DNA of 63,853 nt, the filler included, from Collodictyon triciliatum (Eukaryota): assembly GCA_043381765.1 (NCBI GenBank). It is 11 parts of 11 records of this genome, joined end to end, with 100 filler letters (N's around TTAATTAATTAA, not from the genome) between each part and the next. Parts side by side here need not be neighbours in the genome. Positions count along the whole stretch, not along the records: positions 1 to 5,902 come from JBHJMP010004853.1; positions 6,003 to 11,903 come from JBHJMP010004854.1; positions 12,004 to 16,391 come from JBHJMP010004855.1; 8 more parts are not named here. One strand, written 5' to 3'. Shown piece by piece: positions 1 through 12,781 of the stretch. The position numbers were made by a program, and so were the translations under genes. Each line of letters opens with the position of its first letter. Position 1 is the first letter of the stretch. Under the pieces are notes generated by a model. That model did no database searches. It saw only the letters and a program-made list of their open reading frames with translations, and had not been told where the DNA came from.

Positions 1-29
1 AAAAAGACAACCCAAAAAAAAAAAAAAAG

Positions 30-65
<36 letters not shown>

Positions 66-451
66 AGAAAAAGCCACACAGAAAAAGGCTTCAAAAAGAA
101 GGAAAAGGAAAAGGATTTATACAACAGATTAAGTTTCCCTTCCGTCAGATCAATCGTTTGAGGTATTATATTCAGAAAAGAAAAAAAAAATACAACAGCA
201 ATCTCGCGATCATGATTCCTACAATAAAATCACTTGGGTTTGCGCTCTTGCTGTCGGCATCTGAATGACTCTCATAACATGATCACGAGAACGTGTTGCA
301 GCGCCAACTTTCAAGGACTTGCCGTTTAATACTTTCAAAAAAAAAAAAAACAAGGTTAAGCACAAAGACAACAACTTTAACAAAAAAAAAAAATCATAAG
401 CGGGCTCTTTTTGTTGTCAGCGATCTGCAGCGAAGCCCGATTCCGACAGCG

Positions 452-650
452 ATGGACACAACGGACGAATCCCTGCGTAGACTCGCTTGGAACGGGCTGA
501 TTCCTGTAGTGATTCGGCTTCACAAGGACGATCTGACCTCCACGCAACCACCAGAGGACTACTTTGTAAGTTTCGATCGCCCTTTTTTCCAAAGAGTATC
601 ACTACTTATCATCATTATTATTAACAATATTTACTATTATTACTATTTTT

Positions 651-731
<81 letters not shown>

Positions 732-2830
732 TTGTGCTCAAACACATTTGCATACAATTAAGACGCTCCTCCCACGGTTGAGTTTGCTACCTTTATGGAC
801 AGAGCCCATTAAAGAGCATTTTCGGCCGTATGTAAGCGTCGTGGGCGATAATATTTGGTTCGATTACAACAGAATCCCATTGAAAACGTAAGCCAATAAA
901 GTTAATTTTAAGGCAACACATGTTGATTTATATGTGGGTTCATTGCATTCGTCGCACAGCCACTATCCTATCGGCGTCTTGTACGACCTGCACTGCGGAT
1001 GCTATCATATTCCTTGGGTCATCACCGTCCATTTCCAAGGATTCCCTGATGAACTCTTCCCATTCAGAACCATAGAGGATATTCGAGACTTTTACACAAA
1101 TGCCGTCAAAGAGGTGTGTTTCAATACACGACACGTATCATCATTCAAGCAAAGACAAACGTATCGAATCATTTGACAGAGCAAAGCTATTGTATTGTCA
1201 AGGTCTCTTTCAGTGGTTCACTAATTCTCAAGTATCATCTCTATTTTTTTTTATTTTTTACCTTTCTTTAGTCCGATTATCTGAAACACGGTTCGACAAA
1301 GAGGATAATGGCCTTGCCTGTTGAGCAGCAGACGCAATTGTGGGATTCATTCAGGAAAAGTGCATATTAGACTCATCCCATTATTGCGTTTCAAGAGTTT
1401 TCGTTTTCGTTTTCGTTTTAGTCTATTCTTTTTTTTTTTGTTTTGTTCTTATTCTTGTTTTTTTCTTCTTGTTCTGTAAAGGGCACATTATCACCGATTC
1501 AAAATACTGGAGTGTATATTAGCAAATTTAAACATCGTAAAACAGCGAGGTTGACTATTGAAGAGGAAAATATTTACACAGATACTTTCTTCCCGTATAG
1601 TGAAGTTTAAAGAATTCTGGGACGTGAATCAGGACATTTTTGTGGATAAATCTGCATCAGATATAAAGTTCATACCAATGCGGATATATATCAAAGGGAG
1701 ACCATTCATTCAGGAACCTATTTCTCCAATAGATTCACATAGTTTGTGTAACTTTTATACACCTCCACAATCACGGATACTTTGATTGAATATATACCCG
1801 ATTGAAGAAACCCCACTCTACGTTTTCCTCCTCAACCCAAATCTGAAATATCATCTCAAACAAGCAACTTCCTTCCTCGCAATCATCCCACAACTCCCTC
1901 TCTTATCTTATCTATGGATATATTTTCATACCGAATATGCAACTTAACCTATGCATCAACTCTTCCCACAGAACGAGAAAAAACATTGCGGCGAGCTCTA
2001 GCAGAAATATTTCCGTCACACTTTGCCACAGAGTAATAATCGCCAAAGCCAAGCACACAACACAATACAAATGACATATATATATACATATAATCATCAT
2101 TACAATTCAATCCAAAATCACAAACAGGGACGAAAACATCTCCGAGTTCGGCACCATCGAGCCCGCAGCAGGCAGCACCGCCTTTGTGGAGCCGACGCCA
2201 AGCACAGAGCCACGCCCACAAACTGCCGCGGGCCATCTCAGCGAGCTGACCGCAAAGTCACCGCGCGGACCGGCAATGACGCTGACCTCGTCCACATCGT
2301 CATCAGGAACGCCAACCCAGACGCACTCGACACTCAACACATCGTCCACACTGCCATCCACCCTCGCGCAATCGGTGCCGTCGCAGACAACCCACCGCAG
2401 CTCGCCCGACGAAACGCACGAACAGGAGGCCGAATCGCACGGCACTGCGCGCTCCATCGGCCCACAGCGGCCCGCCAAGCACGCGGCAGCCAACGCGTCG
2501 CTGATGGGCTCGTCGCTGGCGTTGTCTGGCGGACTCGGCGCTGCGTCTGATGAGGCCAAGCGAGCCGTGGCCACTGCGCCTGCGGCAAACCACGCGTGGG
2601 CGCCTTCTCCCACGACGCAGCGGACGGCCCACGGCGCGATTCGCAAGATTCAGGCGCAGAGCAATGTCGGGTCGGGCAGCCTTGCGTTCCAGCCGCTTGT
2701 TGTTGTCCAGGGCGTCGCTGTGGACTTGGAGACGCCGCTCAAGTGGCTGAGCGAGCAGGCCAGCCACCCGGACAACTTCCTGCACATCTGCCTGGTCGAG
2801 CCGCAGACGCATCAGCCGCCCTGTGCGTAG
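452..2830 (+). CDS. ATG5: Autophagy protein 5 (7 exons)
   Basis: GT-AG exons 452-565, 763-887, 960-1113, 1272-1359, 1601-1741, 1971-2031, 2128-2830 splice in frame. Motifs: WNGLIP, PRLSLLP, IWFDYNRIPLK(T)HYPIGVLYDL, PWVITVHF, conjugation-site NAVKESDYLKHG, IPMRIY, and C-terminal QGVAVDLETPLKWLSEQASHPDNFLHI. Confidence 0.95.
632..731. repeat. (TAT)n microsatellite in ATG5 intron 1
   Basis: Direct tandem TAT run; it explains the poly-Tyr in ORF 293..781. Confidence 0.95.
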
Positions 2831-3214
2831 GCGCTGCCGCCTTCCGTTCCCTTCTTTCCCTGCCCTCTTGTCTCGTTCTTTCTCAACTCCTCTGTCGTTC
2901 TCTTGCTCTCTTGCCTTTCTGCTGCTGCTGCGATAAATGGGCGCCATGGCCTGGTGTCGGAGACAGGGTGCAGTTGCCCTCGTCTGCTCGCTGTCAGTCT
3001 CTTAACAGACTCTGTTGTTGTTTTTATCGTGCCTTTATTCGTTGTTTCCCCTACATTTCATTTTTAATATCTTTATATTTTATTTTTTTCTTCTTCCTAT
3101 TTTCTTCTTGTGGGTTGCTGGCGGGTGAGGAATAGAGAAGGTTTGTCTGTACCTGTGTTGGAATGCTGCTGAGACTTTTGCCGGCGAGCAGTCGCGTTGC
3201 GTAAAGAGGGTTGG

Positions 3215-5204
3215 ATGGCTTCGGTTCGGGTGATTTCGCGCGAGGTTGTTCAGCGGGCGCTTTCCATGTCTGCTGCGATCGAGGTGAATGCAGAGGCGTT
3301 TCGGCTTCTGTCGTCTGGAGTGGTTTGTGTGCTGCAACCCCTTTTCGTGTCTTTCAAAGAAGTCACCTGCTTTATCTCTTTTTTCTTTTTTTTCTTCTTT
3401 TTTCTCTCCTTTTTTTCTCATCTTTTTTTCTTTTTAATTTTTTTTTCATGACATAACTATCTGTGTGAGTTATTTTTTTGAGACGGGCAATTACGGTGTC
3501 ACGCAGGCCAAAGTCCCAGAGAGAATCATTCTCCCAGTGCCAGAACAAAGCGGTGCAACGCTGTTCAAGCCGGCCTATATTCCAGGCCGAGGTATTCATT
3601 CAATCATCCATTCATTAATAATTATATATGACTACATTTATAAGATTTTACTTTATTTACCTTCTTCATCGCATCTATTTTATCTACAACTACCCTGGTG
3701 ATTTTTTTTTCATTTCTCTCATGTTCGTATTATACCTCTCGTCCAACACGTGACTATTTCGTTGTGGTTAACACTCTGCTCACCTTTAACTGGTGTCTGT
3801 TGTCTGTATCCACAACAAGGGCTCGGTCTCAAGCTGGTCAGTGTTCGGCCCCACAATGCTAGGAGCAGATTGCCAACAGTGTGCGGAGTGGTACAGCTTG
3901 TTGATGAGGAGAACGGAAACCCAATCGCGCTGATCAATGGGACGGAGCTGACACTTCTGAGGACGGCTGCGGGTTCCGGGGCTGCAACAAAAGTATTGGC
4001 TCGACAGGAGTCTGAAAATCTATTGGTGTTCGGGGCAGGTGCTCAAGGAAGGTATAAATGGTGGAAGTCACAACATCTCAGTATACTCTTTCTTTTTTTT
4101 ATTTTTATCATTATTATTATTAAAGAATACTCCTTTCTTTCCTTTCCTCATAAAATAACACTTTTTCTTTATTTAACCACAAGAGCACATATTCAAGCGA
4201 TGTTTTGTGCTGTTCCAGGATTGAAGAACGTGTCTATTTGGAATAGAACCAGCTCAAAGGCTCATGAACTTGCGCGTGAAGTACAATCATAGCATTTATA
4301 TTCGCAAACGCAGACCAATTCTAATTTTGTTATTTTTAAGAAAATTCAAGTTCGTTTTTCAAAACTTGAAGTTAATTTATTTTATGATATATAACACCAG
4401 TAATACATGTTCCTATTTCACTTTCTGTATCGATGATGACTAAAGATATGACAACACTGTGTAGGTAAAATCATGGAGGGAATCTGTGCCTCATTTTCAC
4501 CATCTCGCAAACGTCGTGGTTGTAGAGTCCGAAGCCGATATCAAGGTATACATGATATAAATATTATAAACAAATAATATGGCCCATTTGTTCCAACTCT
4601 ATATTGACCCTTGCATTTGGAGACCCCCTGATGATATGCTTCTCTTTTCTTATTTTTTTTTAAAAAAAATCAAAACAATAATTAACTTCAATGCATACGC
4701 TCGTCCATAGGAGGCTGTCAGAAACGCTGATATTATTGTAACAGCCACAAACAGCGATTCAGAACTGTTCAATGGAATGCTTGTAAAACCTGGATGTCAT
4801 ATCAATGCGATAGGTTCATACATGCCGGCAATGAGAGAGCTCAGCCATGAATGCATCACCAGAGCGAAGTGAATCCCCACTCGATGAAAGCATACAGGTT
4901 TATGTCATAGCTAAGTAAACAACAAAATTCATGGTGTAGGACATTTGTTGACTGCGAACCCAGTGTCATCATCTCCACGACAGGAGAGTATGAGTTCTTG
5001 AAGGGACAACCGCAACATGAAGTGGAAAGGACGATTTTTGGCACCATCGGAGGCCTACTTGATGGAAAATCTACTGGTAGACAATATCCAACAGATATCA
5101 CCATATTTAAGTCTGTTGGAAATGCCGTGCAAGACATCGCTACGGGTTGGTCAATTTATGCGGCTGCTTGCGACAAGAACTTGGGGGTTCTCGTTGATAT
5201 TTAA
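3215..5204 (+). CDS. Ornithine cyclodeaminase / mu-crystallin family protein (multi-exon)
   Basis: Spliced product MASVRVISRE...KVPERII...LFKPAY...GLKLVSVRPHN...LTLLRTAAGSG...Rossmann VFGAGAQG...VSIWNRT...ADIIVTATNS...PGCHINAIGSYMP...ITIFKSVGNAVQDIA. Includes a 30-nt microexon at 4341-4370. Confidence 0.92.
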
Positions 5205-5902
5205 AATCAAGAGTGAGAAAACAACTTTTCGAATAAAAACATCCAGAGTGATTAATTAAAAAATAAAATAAAAAAGGACTAATTTTTTCGAAGAAATTGG
5301 GGAAGGAAAAAGGCTATAAACATCAACCCCTTCAAACAGGATATCTTTGGTGGTGATGGTGCATTTCTTTTGGCTTCCAATTGCAAAAGACTTATCAGCT
5401 GCAATAATGTTTCAGGACACAGCAAAGACGATTCAGATTTGAAGAAAAAAACTAAAGAAGCTTAGCGAGCCATAATGCACACGCCGCGCGAGATGCGGAC
5501 ATATGCGGCCCGAAAATCGGTTCGACATGATTCTTTGGAGCGAAGGCAGCGTTCTGGCTGGCGGATATGCAGCTGCTCTGATATGTGCAGAGACACTTGT
5601 TTTTGCCTTCCGTTAAGCGAGATGCAAAAAATCCACTAGTCTCAAGAGTACGCATGCGGTGGGAATGTGTGTTATCTTATTTTTCTCTTTTTCTCTTTTC
5701 CTTTTTTCCTTTTCTTTTTTCCTTTGTCTTTTTTCTTTTTTTCCTTTTCTAATTTCCTTTTCTTTTTTCCTTTGTCTTTATTCTTTTTCTTTTTCTTTTT
5801 CTTTTTCTTTTTCCTTTTTCCTTTTTCCTTTTTCCTTTTTCCTTTTTCCTTTTTCCTTTTTCCTTTTTCCTTTTTCCTTTTTCCTTTTTCCTTTTTCCTT
5901 TT

Positions 5903-6002
5903 NNNNNNNNNNNNNNNNNNNNNNNNNNNNNNNNNNNNNNNNNNNNTTAATTAATTAANNNNNNNNNNNNNNNNNNNNNNNNNNNNNNNNNNNNNNNNNN
6001 NN
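5903..6002. other. Artificial 100-bp assembly spacer (N-TTAATTAATTAA-N); repeated at 11904, 16392, 22684, 28681, 34678, 40715, 46704, 52704, 58692
   Basis: Identical 100-bp blocks with a core giving stops in all six frames. Plain N gaps also occur at 12903-13640, 60948-61314 and 62869-62916. Confidence 0.98.
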
Positions 6003-9000
6003 CCAAGCGAAGGCAGCTCGAAAGACTTTGGCAACAATCTTGACTCGTTCCAATACATCGTGATTGACGACAGCGAAGCAGCAGCACCAGCAGTGACCGT
6101 ACCAATCCACGTCGCATTTATTGCACGCAATCCTACGCTCGCTTCGACACCATCGAGTATCGCTATCAAAGAGCAAGAGCGAATGACAACGACGATTGTC
6201 AGTAACGACCTGGACGGACTCGGCGTGACGGTTAGCGTAACTAGCATTCCAACCAATGGCAAGCTGTATCTGAGCAACAGCCAAGGCGAGGCAACAGGTC
6301 AAGCACTGGTGAACGGGCAAGTGATAGCAACAAGCAGCACTGGAAGTGCGACCAACCAAGTCATCTATGTATCTCCGGTGCCACCTTCTCAATTCGTGTC
6401 GCTTGGAGCAAGCACAGACACTTACAGTCTGACAAGCTCAAACGGAGCCAAATCATCGACCATTACAATTAACGCAAATGTCGAGAACAAGAACTTCCCT
6501 CCCTTTGTGAGCGCAGTGGAGCCAAGAATAACCATTCAATCATCGCAAGTAGCACAAGTCGCAGTTTTCACAGTGAGCGGGGTCGACCCGGATGCAGACA
6601 GCATCACCGCTATCATCACCAGCATCACCAGTGCAAATGGTGTCGTTGTATCGAACGACGGAAAAAGCATCGGTCTTAACAGTGTGCTCACAAGTGCGCC
6701 AACAAACCCAAACACATGGCTCATCTCTGTCAACGTTCCCGCACTTTTGACAGGAATCGCATCAACAATCACGGTCAGGACAAGAGACAGCACACAGGCC
6801 ACGTCCGAGCAGCTGACACTTACACTGACGATTAGCCAAGTCAACTTTGCTCCGTCTGCCACCACCTTGACGGTACCCGAGTGCAACGAAGACAGCTTCG
6901 TAGACATCACACTCGGTGGTAAGGATGACAACCAAGACGCTATCACAGCATACATATCCCAACTGCCAGCAACTGGGGTGATTACAGTAGGGGGCAGCCC
7001 AGTCACAACAGCAACACCTCTTGTAATGACTGGCGGGACAACCACCATCCGATACACCCCGCCACAGCTCAGCTTCGGGACTCCATATACGTCATTCCGG
7101 TACCATGTGTATGATGGAAGACTGAAATCAAACGAGCAGACACTATCCATCAATGTCAATCATGTGAATCATGCACCATCTGCGAATGTGCCGCCATCGG
7201 TGACGACCAATCTGAACACTCCTGTTTCAATCGTAGTCATCGGACGAGATGTCGATAGCATGGACACAATGACATTTTCTGTGACATCGATGCCGACCAG
7301 GGCAGGGTCTCTACTAAGACTCGGAGAAAGCACAGTCGCCGCAAACACACAATACGCTCTACCATCATCCGGAGCTACCCTGACATATACGCCAGCTCCC
7401 AACCAGCACTACACTGGCGAGCAAATCACAGTTCGAGTCAGCGATAACAGCCTGGCAAGCGACACCAAGACGATCGACATTGCTGTCAACTATGTGAACC
7501 TGGTACCAGTAGCACAACCTCAAAGTGTCAGTACCAAAGAGGACATAGCGGTCAGTATTACACTTGCAGCTACAGATGCAAACGAGCCAGCCGAGCCACT
7601 GACATACACAATCCGCACACTCCCTGCACGAGGAACGCTGATGTTCAATGGACAAACCATCAACACGGTTCCATTCTCGCTCGAGTCATCCAAGGTGGTT
7701 GCGTTCAGCAACACTCCCTACACATTCGGCAGCCCGTATGCCACGTTTACCTTTACAGCGAGCGACGGGAAAGCGGACTCGAGTCCATCGACTGTTACTG
7801 TATCTGTCGAGCACGTGAATCATGCGCCATTGGGCACCATCTCTTCAAGTCCCCTTCAAACCAATCGCTATATAGCGACAACATTCAGCATCACACCCAA
7901 CGACTACGATGCAAACGACCGAGTCAAGTTAAGGTTTGTGCTTCCTAGCGGATTCCTTGGCCGGCTGTCTGTTGACAGCACTCAGGTGTCCAACGGGTAC
8001 ACAACAGCGCTAGGGTCGGTCCTTAGTGCAATCACAATTGTGTATGCACCACCAAGCGAAGGCAGCTCGAAAGACTTTGGCAACAATATTGACTCGTTCC
8101 AATACATCGTGATTGACGACAGCGAAGCAGCAGCACCAGCAGTGACCGTACCAATTCACGTCGCATTTGTTGCGCGTAATCCCGTTATTGTAATAAGCCA
8201 CGATGATGTCTTCATTAAAGAGCAAGGTCGCTTTGTTAACGACATTAACACATACGACCTTGATGGTCTTTCTACTAAACTTAGTGTGGCCAGTGTCCCA
8301 ACCAACGGCAAGCTCTATCTGAGCGACAGCCAAGGTGAGGCAACAGGCCAAGCGCTGGTGAATGGGCAAGTGATAGCGACAAGCAGTGCTGGTAATATAA
8401 CCGTTCAACTTGTCTACATCGCACCGATGCCTCTGTCCGAATTTATTTCGCTAGGAAGGAATATCGATTCGTACACTCTTTCAAGCCAGAATTTTGAAAA
8501 ATCTCATAATGTTACAGTTGATATCAACGTAGAGGACGTAAATTTTGCACCTATTTTAAATGCTTTCCCATCCAATGTGATTGTTCAATCTTTGCAAACA
8601 ACCCAAACAGTAATGTTTTCTATTCAAGGCAGAGACCCAGACGGTGATGACATCGAAGCGTTTGTTATGGAGATTTTGACATTTTCTGGTGCTGTTGCTA
8701 TCAATTTCGAAAGATTGGTGATTTCCAATTCATCTCTTACACCAGTTTCTCCAAAAGCGAATCTTTGGTTGATTGCAGTCGATGTTCCTGCATTTGTATA
8801 TGGTTCAGTCGCTACCATAATTGTTCATGGAAATGATGCATCTAAAGAACCATCCACCCCTCTAACACTCACCTTAGTTGTAAACCAGGTTAATTTTGCA
8901 CCAGAGGCAATCACTGAAGCCACTCTAGAATGTGATGAAGATAGTTTCATCGATATATTTATAGAAGGAAAAGATGACAATGGCGATTCGATTACTGCCT

Positions 9001-10930
9001 TTATTTCTCATATACCCCCAGCAGGGAAATTGTTTTTTAATGAAACTGCCATCAAAACCAGCACATCTCTTATTATGAGCAACGGTGCCACGATTATTCG
9101 ATATACTCCGCCACCTCTTTCGTACGGAAAATCTCTTGCCTTTTTCACTTATTATGTTTACGATGGGCATCTCAAATCAAGTGAAAAGGTAATAAATATA
9201 AATGTGAATCATGTGAATCATATTCCCAATGTTACTGTACCAAGTGTTGTTAAAACAATTAGTGGCATTCCGATTAATATCCTGATTCACGGAAACGACG
9301 TCGATGCTAACGATGTAATAACTTTCTCAATTGTATCAAAATTATCGATGAATGGGGCATCCATAAAAATCGGAACAGAAGAAGTTCAATATGAATTTGA
9401 ATACTATTTACCGCCATTCGGGGTTAATATAACTTATTATCCAGTACCAAACCGCCATTACAAAGAGTTCATTACCATTCGAGTGAAGGATAATAACGAA
9501 GCTCATATGCTATCAACTTTTCAAGTAATTGTTGTCCTTGAACAGTCTCAGTCTCAGTCCCAGTCCCAGTCCCAGTCCCAATCTCAATCCCGGTCTCATT
9601 CTTTGTCTCCTTCGAAATCTACTACAAAAACAATCAGAGAAGAATGCAATGTAACTGTTTATCATCTTAAAAACAAATCCAAATCAGAAAATCTTGGGTA
9701 TGGTGTGTCTGTTAACAACGGAATAGCAATCATTTCGGTGCCTTTCTGTTCCAATACATCAAGATGTGACGGAGGCTACCTGCTTGCTTATAGGCTTTCG
9801 AACGAAGGCTGGAAGTTTACTAAAAAAATAGTCAATCCTTTTTTCAAAAGAGACATTAAATTTGGCTTTCAAGTGCTACTTAATAACAACATTTTACTTG
9901 TTTCTGCTCCAGATTCCATATATATTGATGGATCAGCTGGCATTGTTGCCTTATTTCGTTGGGACCCGACAAAGAACACATTTACGAAATTCTGTACCTT
10001 AAGGTCAAAAGGTTTAGCAGCGAAATATGATTTTAGTAAATCTATTTCATATTTTGGAGGTATCATCGCGGTTGGGTCTCAAAAATTCTATTCTCAGAGA
10101 AAACAGCAATTTGGATGTGTTTACATTTTTCGAAACGATAGCCTAGTAAACTGGAACCCCGTCCCTACTTCGATTAGATCTCCTTTGCAAATGAGGGATG
10201 AGTTTTTTGGCTTTTGTGTTTCTCTGGGTAGTGATACTCTCATCGCAATATCAAATAATCCGATAGATCCTATCTACCAAACTGTATACTTATTTACTTA
10301 CTCTCTCAAGAGATGGACTCTAACTCAACGAATCAGTGAGCAACAAAAGCTTGGGTTTGGCTGGAGAGTAAAATTTTTTGATAGTGTTTTGTTTGTGTCA
10401 GCAGTAAATGATTCAAGCGTGGTACATAATTCTGGCTCTATTAGTATTTACACCCAAAATGCAGAAGAGAAATATGAAATAAGAAATGCAATTCGCCCTA
10501 ATTCATATGTTGTGGGTGAGAGATTTGGGTACTCATTTGACGTATCAAATGGCAAGATTGTGGTAGGAACTCAACCTTGTTCTGACAGTCTGTATTGCAG
10601 TATAAGAGGTGAGACAGTCCTTCTGAAAAAATTACATTTATCATTTTTTTTTCCTTTCAATTTCCATTTTCTATTTTTTAATTGCCCCATTTACGTTTAC
10701 TTACTTTTTTTTGTATGATTACTAAAATAATACCAGGTGCCGCATATCTTTTCAGCGAGAAGCAAGGAGAGTGGAAAGAACAGAAAAAATTCAGCTATGG
10801 CAAACCAGATGGCTCAGACGGATTTGGATTTGGTGTAGCTGTGGAGGGCGGATCCGTTCTAGTTTCAGCACCATTTGATTCCGCAGACGGCCGTAAGAAA
10901 GGCGCAGTCTACTTTATCAACTGTAGCTAG
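6003..10930 (+). CDS. Giant surface protein: tandem Ig/cadherin-like (Big_9/tandem-95/VCBS-like) domains, SQ linker, C-terminal FG-GAP beta-propeller; 5'-truncated
   Basis: The frame is open from the spacer. About ten ~105-120-aa Thr/Val-rich domains end in VN(F/H)AP-like motifs and contain DxD and YTP..F.Y...DG motifs. (SQ)n linker at ~9545-9595. Blades read LGYGVSV, FGFQVLL...VSAP, FFGFCVSL, FGYSFDV and FGFGVAV...VSAP. One intron at ~10609-10737 leads to the last exon GAAYLF...FINCS*. Confidence 0.85.
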
Positions 10931-11482
10931 CACCGAAGGATGCTCATCCCCTTTGAGCATTTTTTTGAAATAAATTCTTACCCAAATCTTGTTGCAATTG
11001 TTTTTTCCATCATGCCCGATTTATTATCTCTTGCTCAAACCTAGTCACGAATTGAATTGTGCCGTTGTGGTACAAAAGACTCGATACATAGTCCGGAAGA
11101 GAAAAAAAAGTTCATTCACATTTTATGTGATAGTTTATTGAGACCAAACAAAGCCGAGGAATCCGCCTTCGCCTCTAGGACAAATATGAGCTGTGGAAAA
11201 GAAAGTGGAAAAGCCCGGATTCTGTGGTTGGAGTTTTTGTGTTTTGGATGGAAGGAAAAGGAAAGAAAAAGAAAAAAGATAGAAAGGAGAGAAAGTGTTC
11301 TCACACGCAGACTATTCTACCCAAAGTGGTTCAGCTCCAACGCGATTTCTGGTTGTATTCGAGACTGACAGAAGAGCGGATAAAGTTGTCGGGTCGATGA
11401 AAGTACGCACATGGCAGTTTTTCTCAAATCGATTCCGACGAGTCCTTTCAACCATCTATCTCAGACATGTTAACATCCTATT

Positions 11483-11903
11483 TCATTCCACATGATGAGT
11501 CTTTTGAAAAGACAGCGGGTCTCTTTCCTTGCGTTTCTTGCTGGGAGACTCAGATAGAAAGCGATACATCGTTGTTTCTCTGGTATAATCGGAAGTGGCG
11601 CTTGACCGTCCCCTGGTTTCGGAGCCACTCGTAGCCGGCAGCGGACTTTGCTTAACCGGAGTATGGATACGGGTTTGTGGTTTTAGAAACATACGCTCCT
11701 GCTTTCTCAGATTGTCTTTGGTGTGTAGGGTTCCAAGCTTGGATTCGACTTGTGTTGTTTGCTCTTGCTCCTTGGTTCTCGGTGCGACGGGCTGGGGCAG
11801 GATAAACGGACTATCTTTGGTGGGCGCTGGTTCTTGTGTTGCCTTCGCTTTGGAGTATCCTTTCGGATAAGTAACGAAGACTGCCTTGAGGCCTCCTATG
11901 TTA
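11483..11903 (-). mobile_element. Possible LINE ORF1 C-terminal fragment (open frame from the spacer)
   Basis: Open frame NIGGLKAVFVTYPKG followed by a Pro/Ser/Lys-rich disordered tail. It resembles the end of the L1/Tx1 ORF1p RRM region. Intronless. Confidence 0.35.
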
Positions 11904-12617
11904 NNNNNNNNNNNNNNNNNNNNNNNNNNNNNNNNNNNNNNNNNNNNTTAATTAATTAANNNNNNNNNNNNNNNNNNNNNNNNNNNNNNNNNNNNNNNNN
12001 NNNAAAAACAACTCCGGGCCCCTAAAGGGGACCCCCCCTCCGTATGATTTTTCGGATTTTTAAAATGAACTCCACAATTCCGAATCTTGCTCACTACGCG
12101 AATCTTCGGCTGAGCGGACACCTCAGGATTCAATTGCAAACTTCACTTTCTCTTTCTAATTTATAGAATTGCAACCCCCTTTTATGTTTTTATTAGCATA
12201 ATCGCCGCACACATCAAGTTAACGTCCATGCATACATATAAAACAAGTACAATCAAAATATTAAAAGATAAAAAAAGAGGATCCCATATGATGGTTAATT
12301 AAACAACAATACCTTTAATTAATGAATCAAGTCAAAATATTGAGTAATCAAAGGAAATGTATTTGAAAAACAAAAAAAAATACACAAGAATAGTCGATTG
12401 AAAAAATTTATTCATACGTACATACGGAATAGAGTGTGGATATAAAATATATTATTATAGTATAGCATAAATGAGGGAGCATATATGCGAAACTTAGAAA
12501 AAGAGACATGTTTAACATAATATATAGGAAAGTAATATAAAAGAAAGAAAGTTCGAGATGAAAAACCAGAGAACAGACTAAAGATTATGTAGAATATATG
12601 ATCAGACATATAGCATA

Positions 12618-12778
12618 GAGCACAGAACCCAGGGTACAGGCCAGATCGCAGGATGCAATTTCTGACTACTGACTACCTCTCTGCCACTCGGGCACCAAGT
12701 AGCGTCCATGAAAACTATGGATAGCGAACCAAAGCCAACATCTCCACCACCCTGCACAAAATTGGAGAATAAAAAAAT
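12618..12778 (+). mobile_element. 5'-truncated LINE 3' end (copy A)
   Basis: Homologous to 17701-17865(-). Reads ...FLTTDYLSATRAPSSVHENYG-TAG, then 3'UTR CGAACCAAAGCCAACATCTCCAC...AAAATTGGAGAATAAAAAA. Imperfect TSD ATCAGACATATAGCATA (12601) / ATCAACATACAGCATA (12777). Confidence 0.8.
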
Positions 12779-12781
12779 CAA

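Noticed and set aside
5300-5655. Exon-like minus-strand fragments (also 45600-46703 and 62917-63490)
   Set aside because: Probably parts of truncated genes, but no consistent frame or family could be established.
5947-5958. Recurrent palindrome TTAATTAATTAA as a biological motif
   Set aside because: Always centred in N-runs: an assembly linker with six-frame stops.
6003-10930. Bacterial contamination as the source of the adhesin and of the FixL-like gene
   Set aside because: Both have frame-consistent GT-AG introns and sit on contigs with host-like low-complexity DNA.
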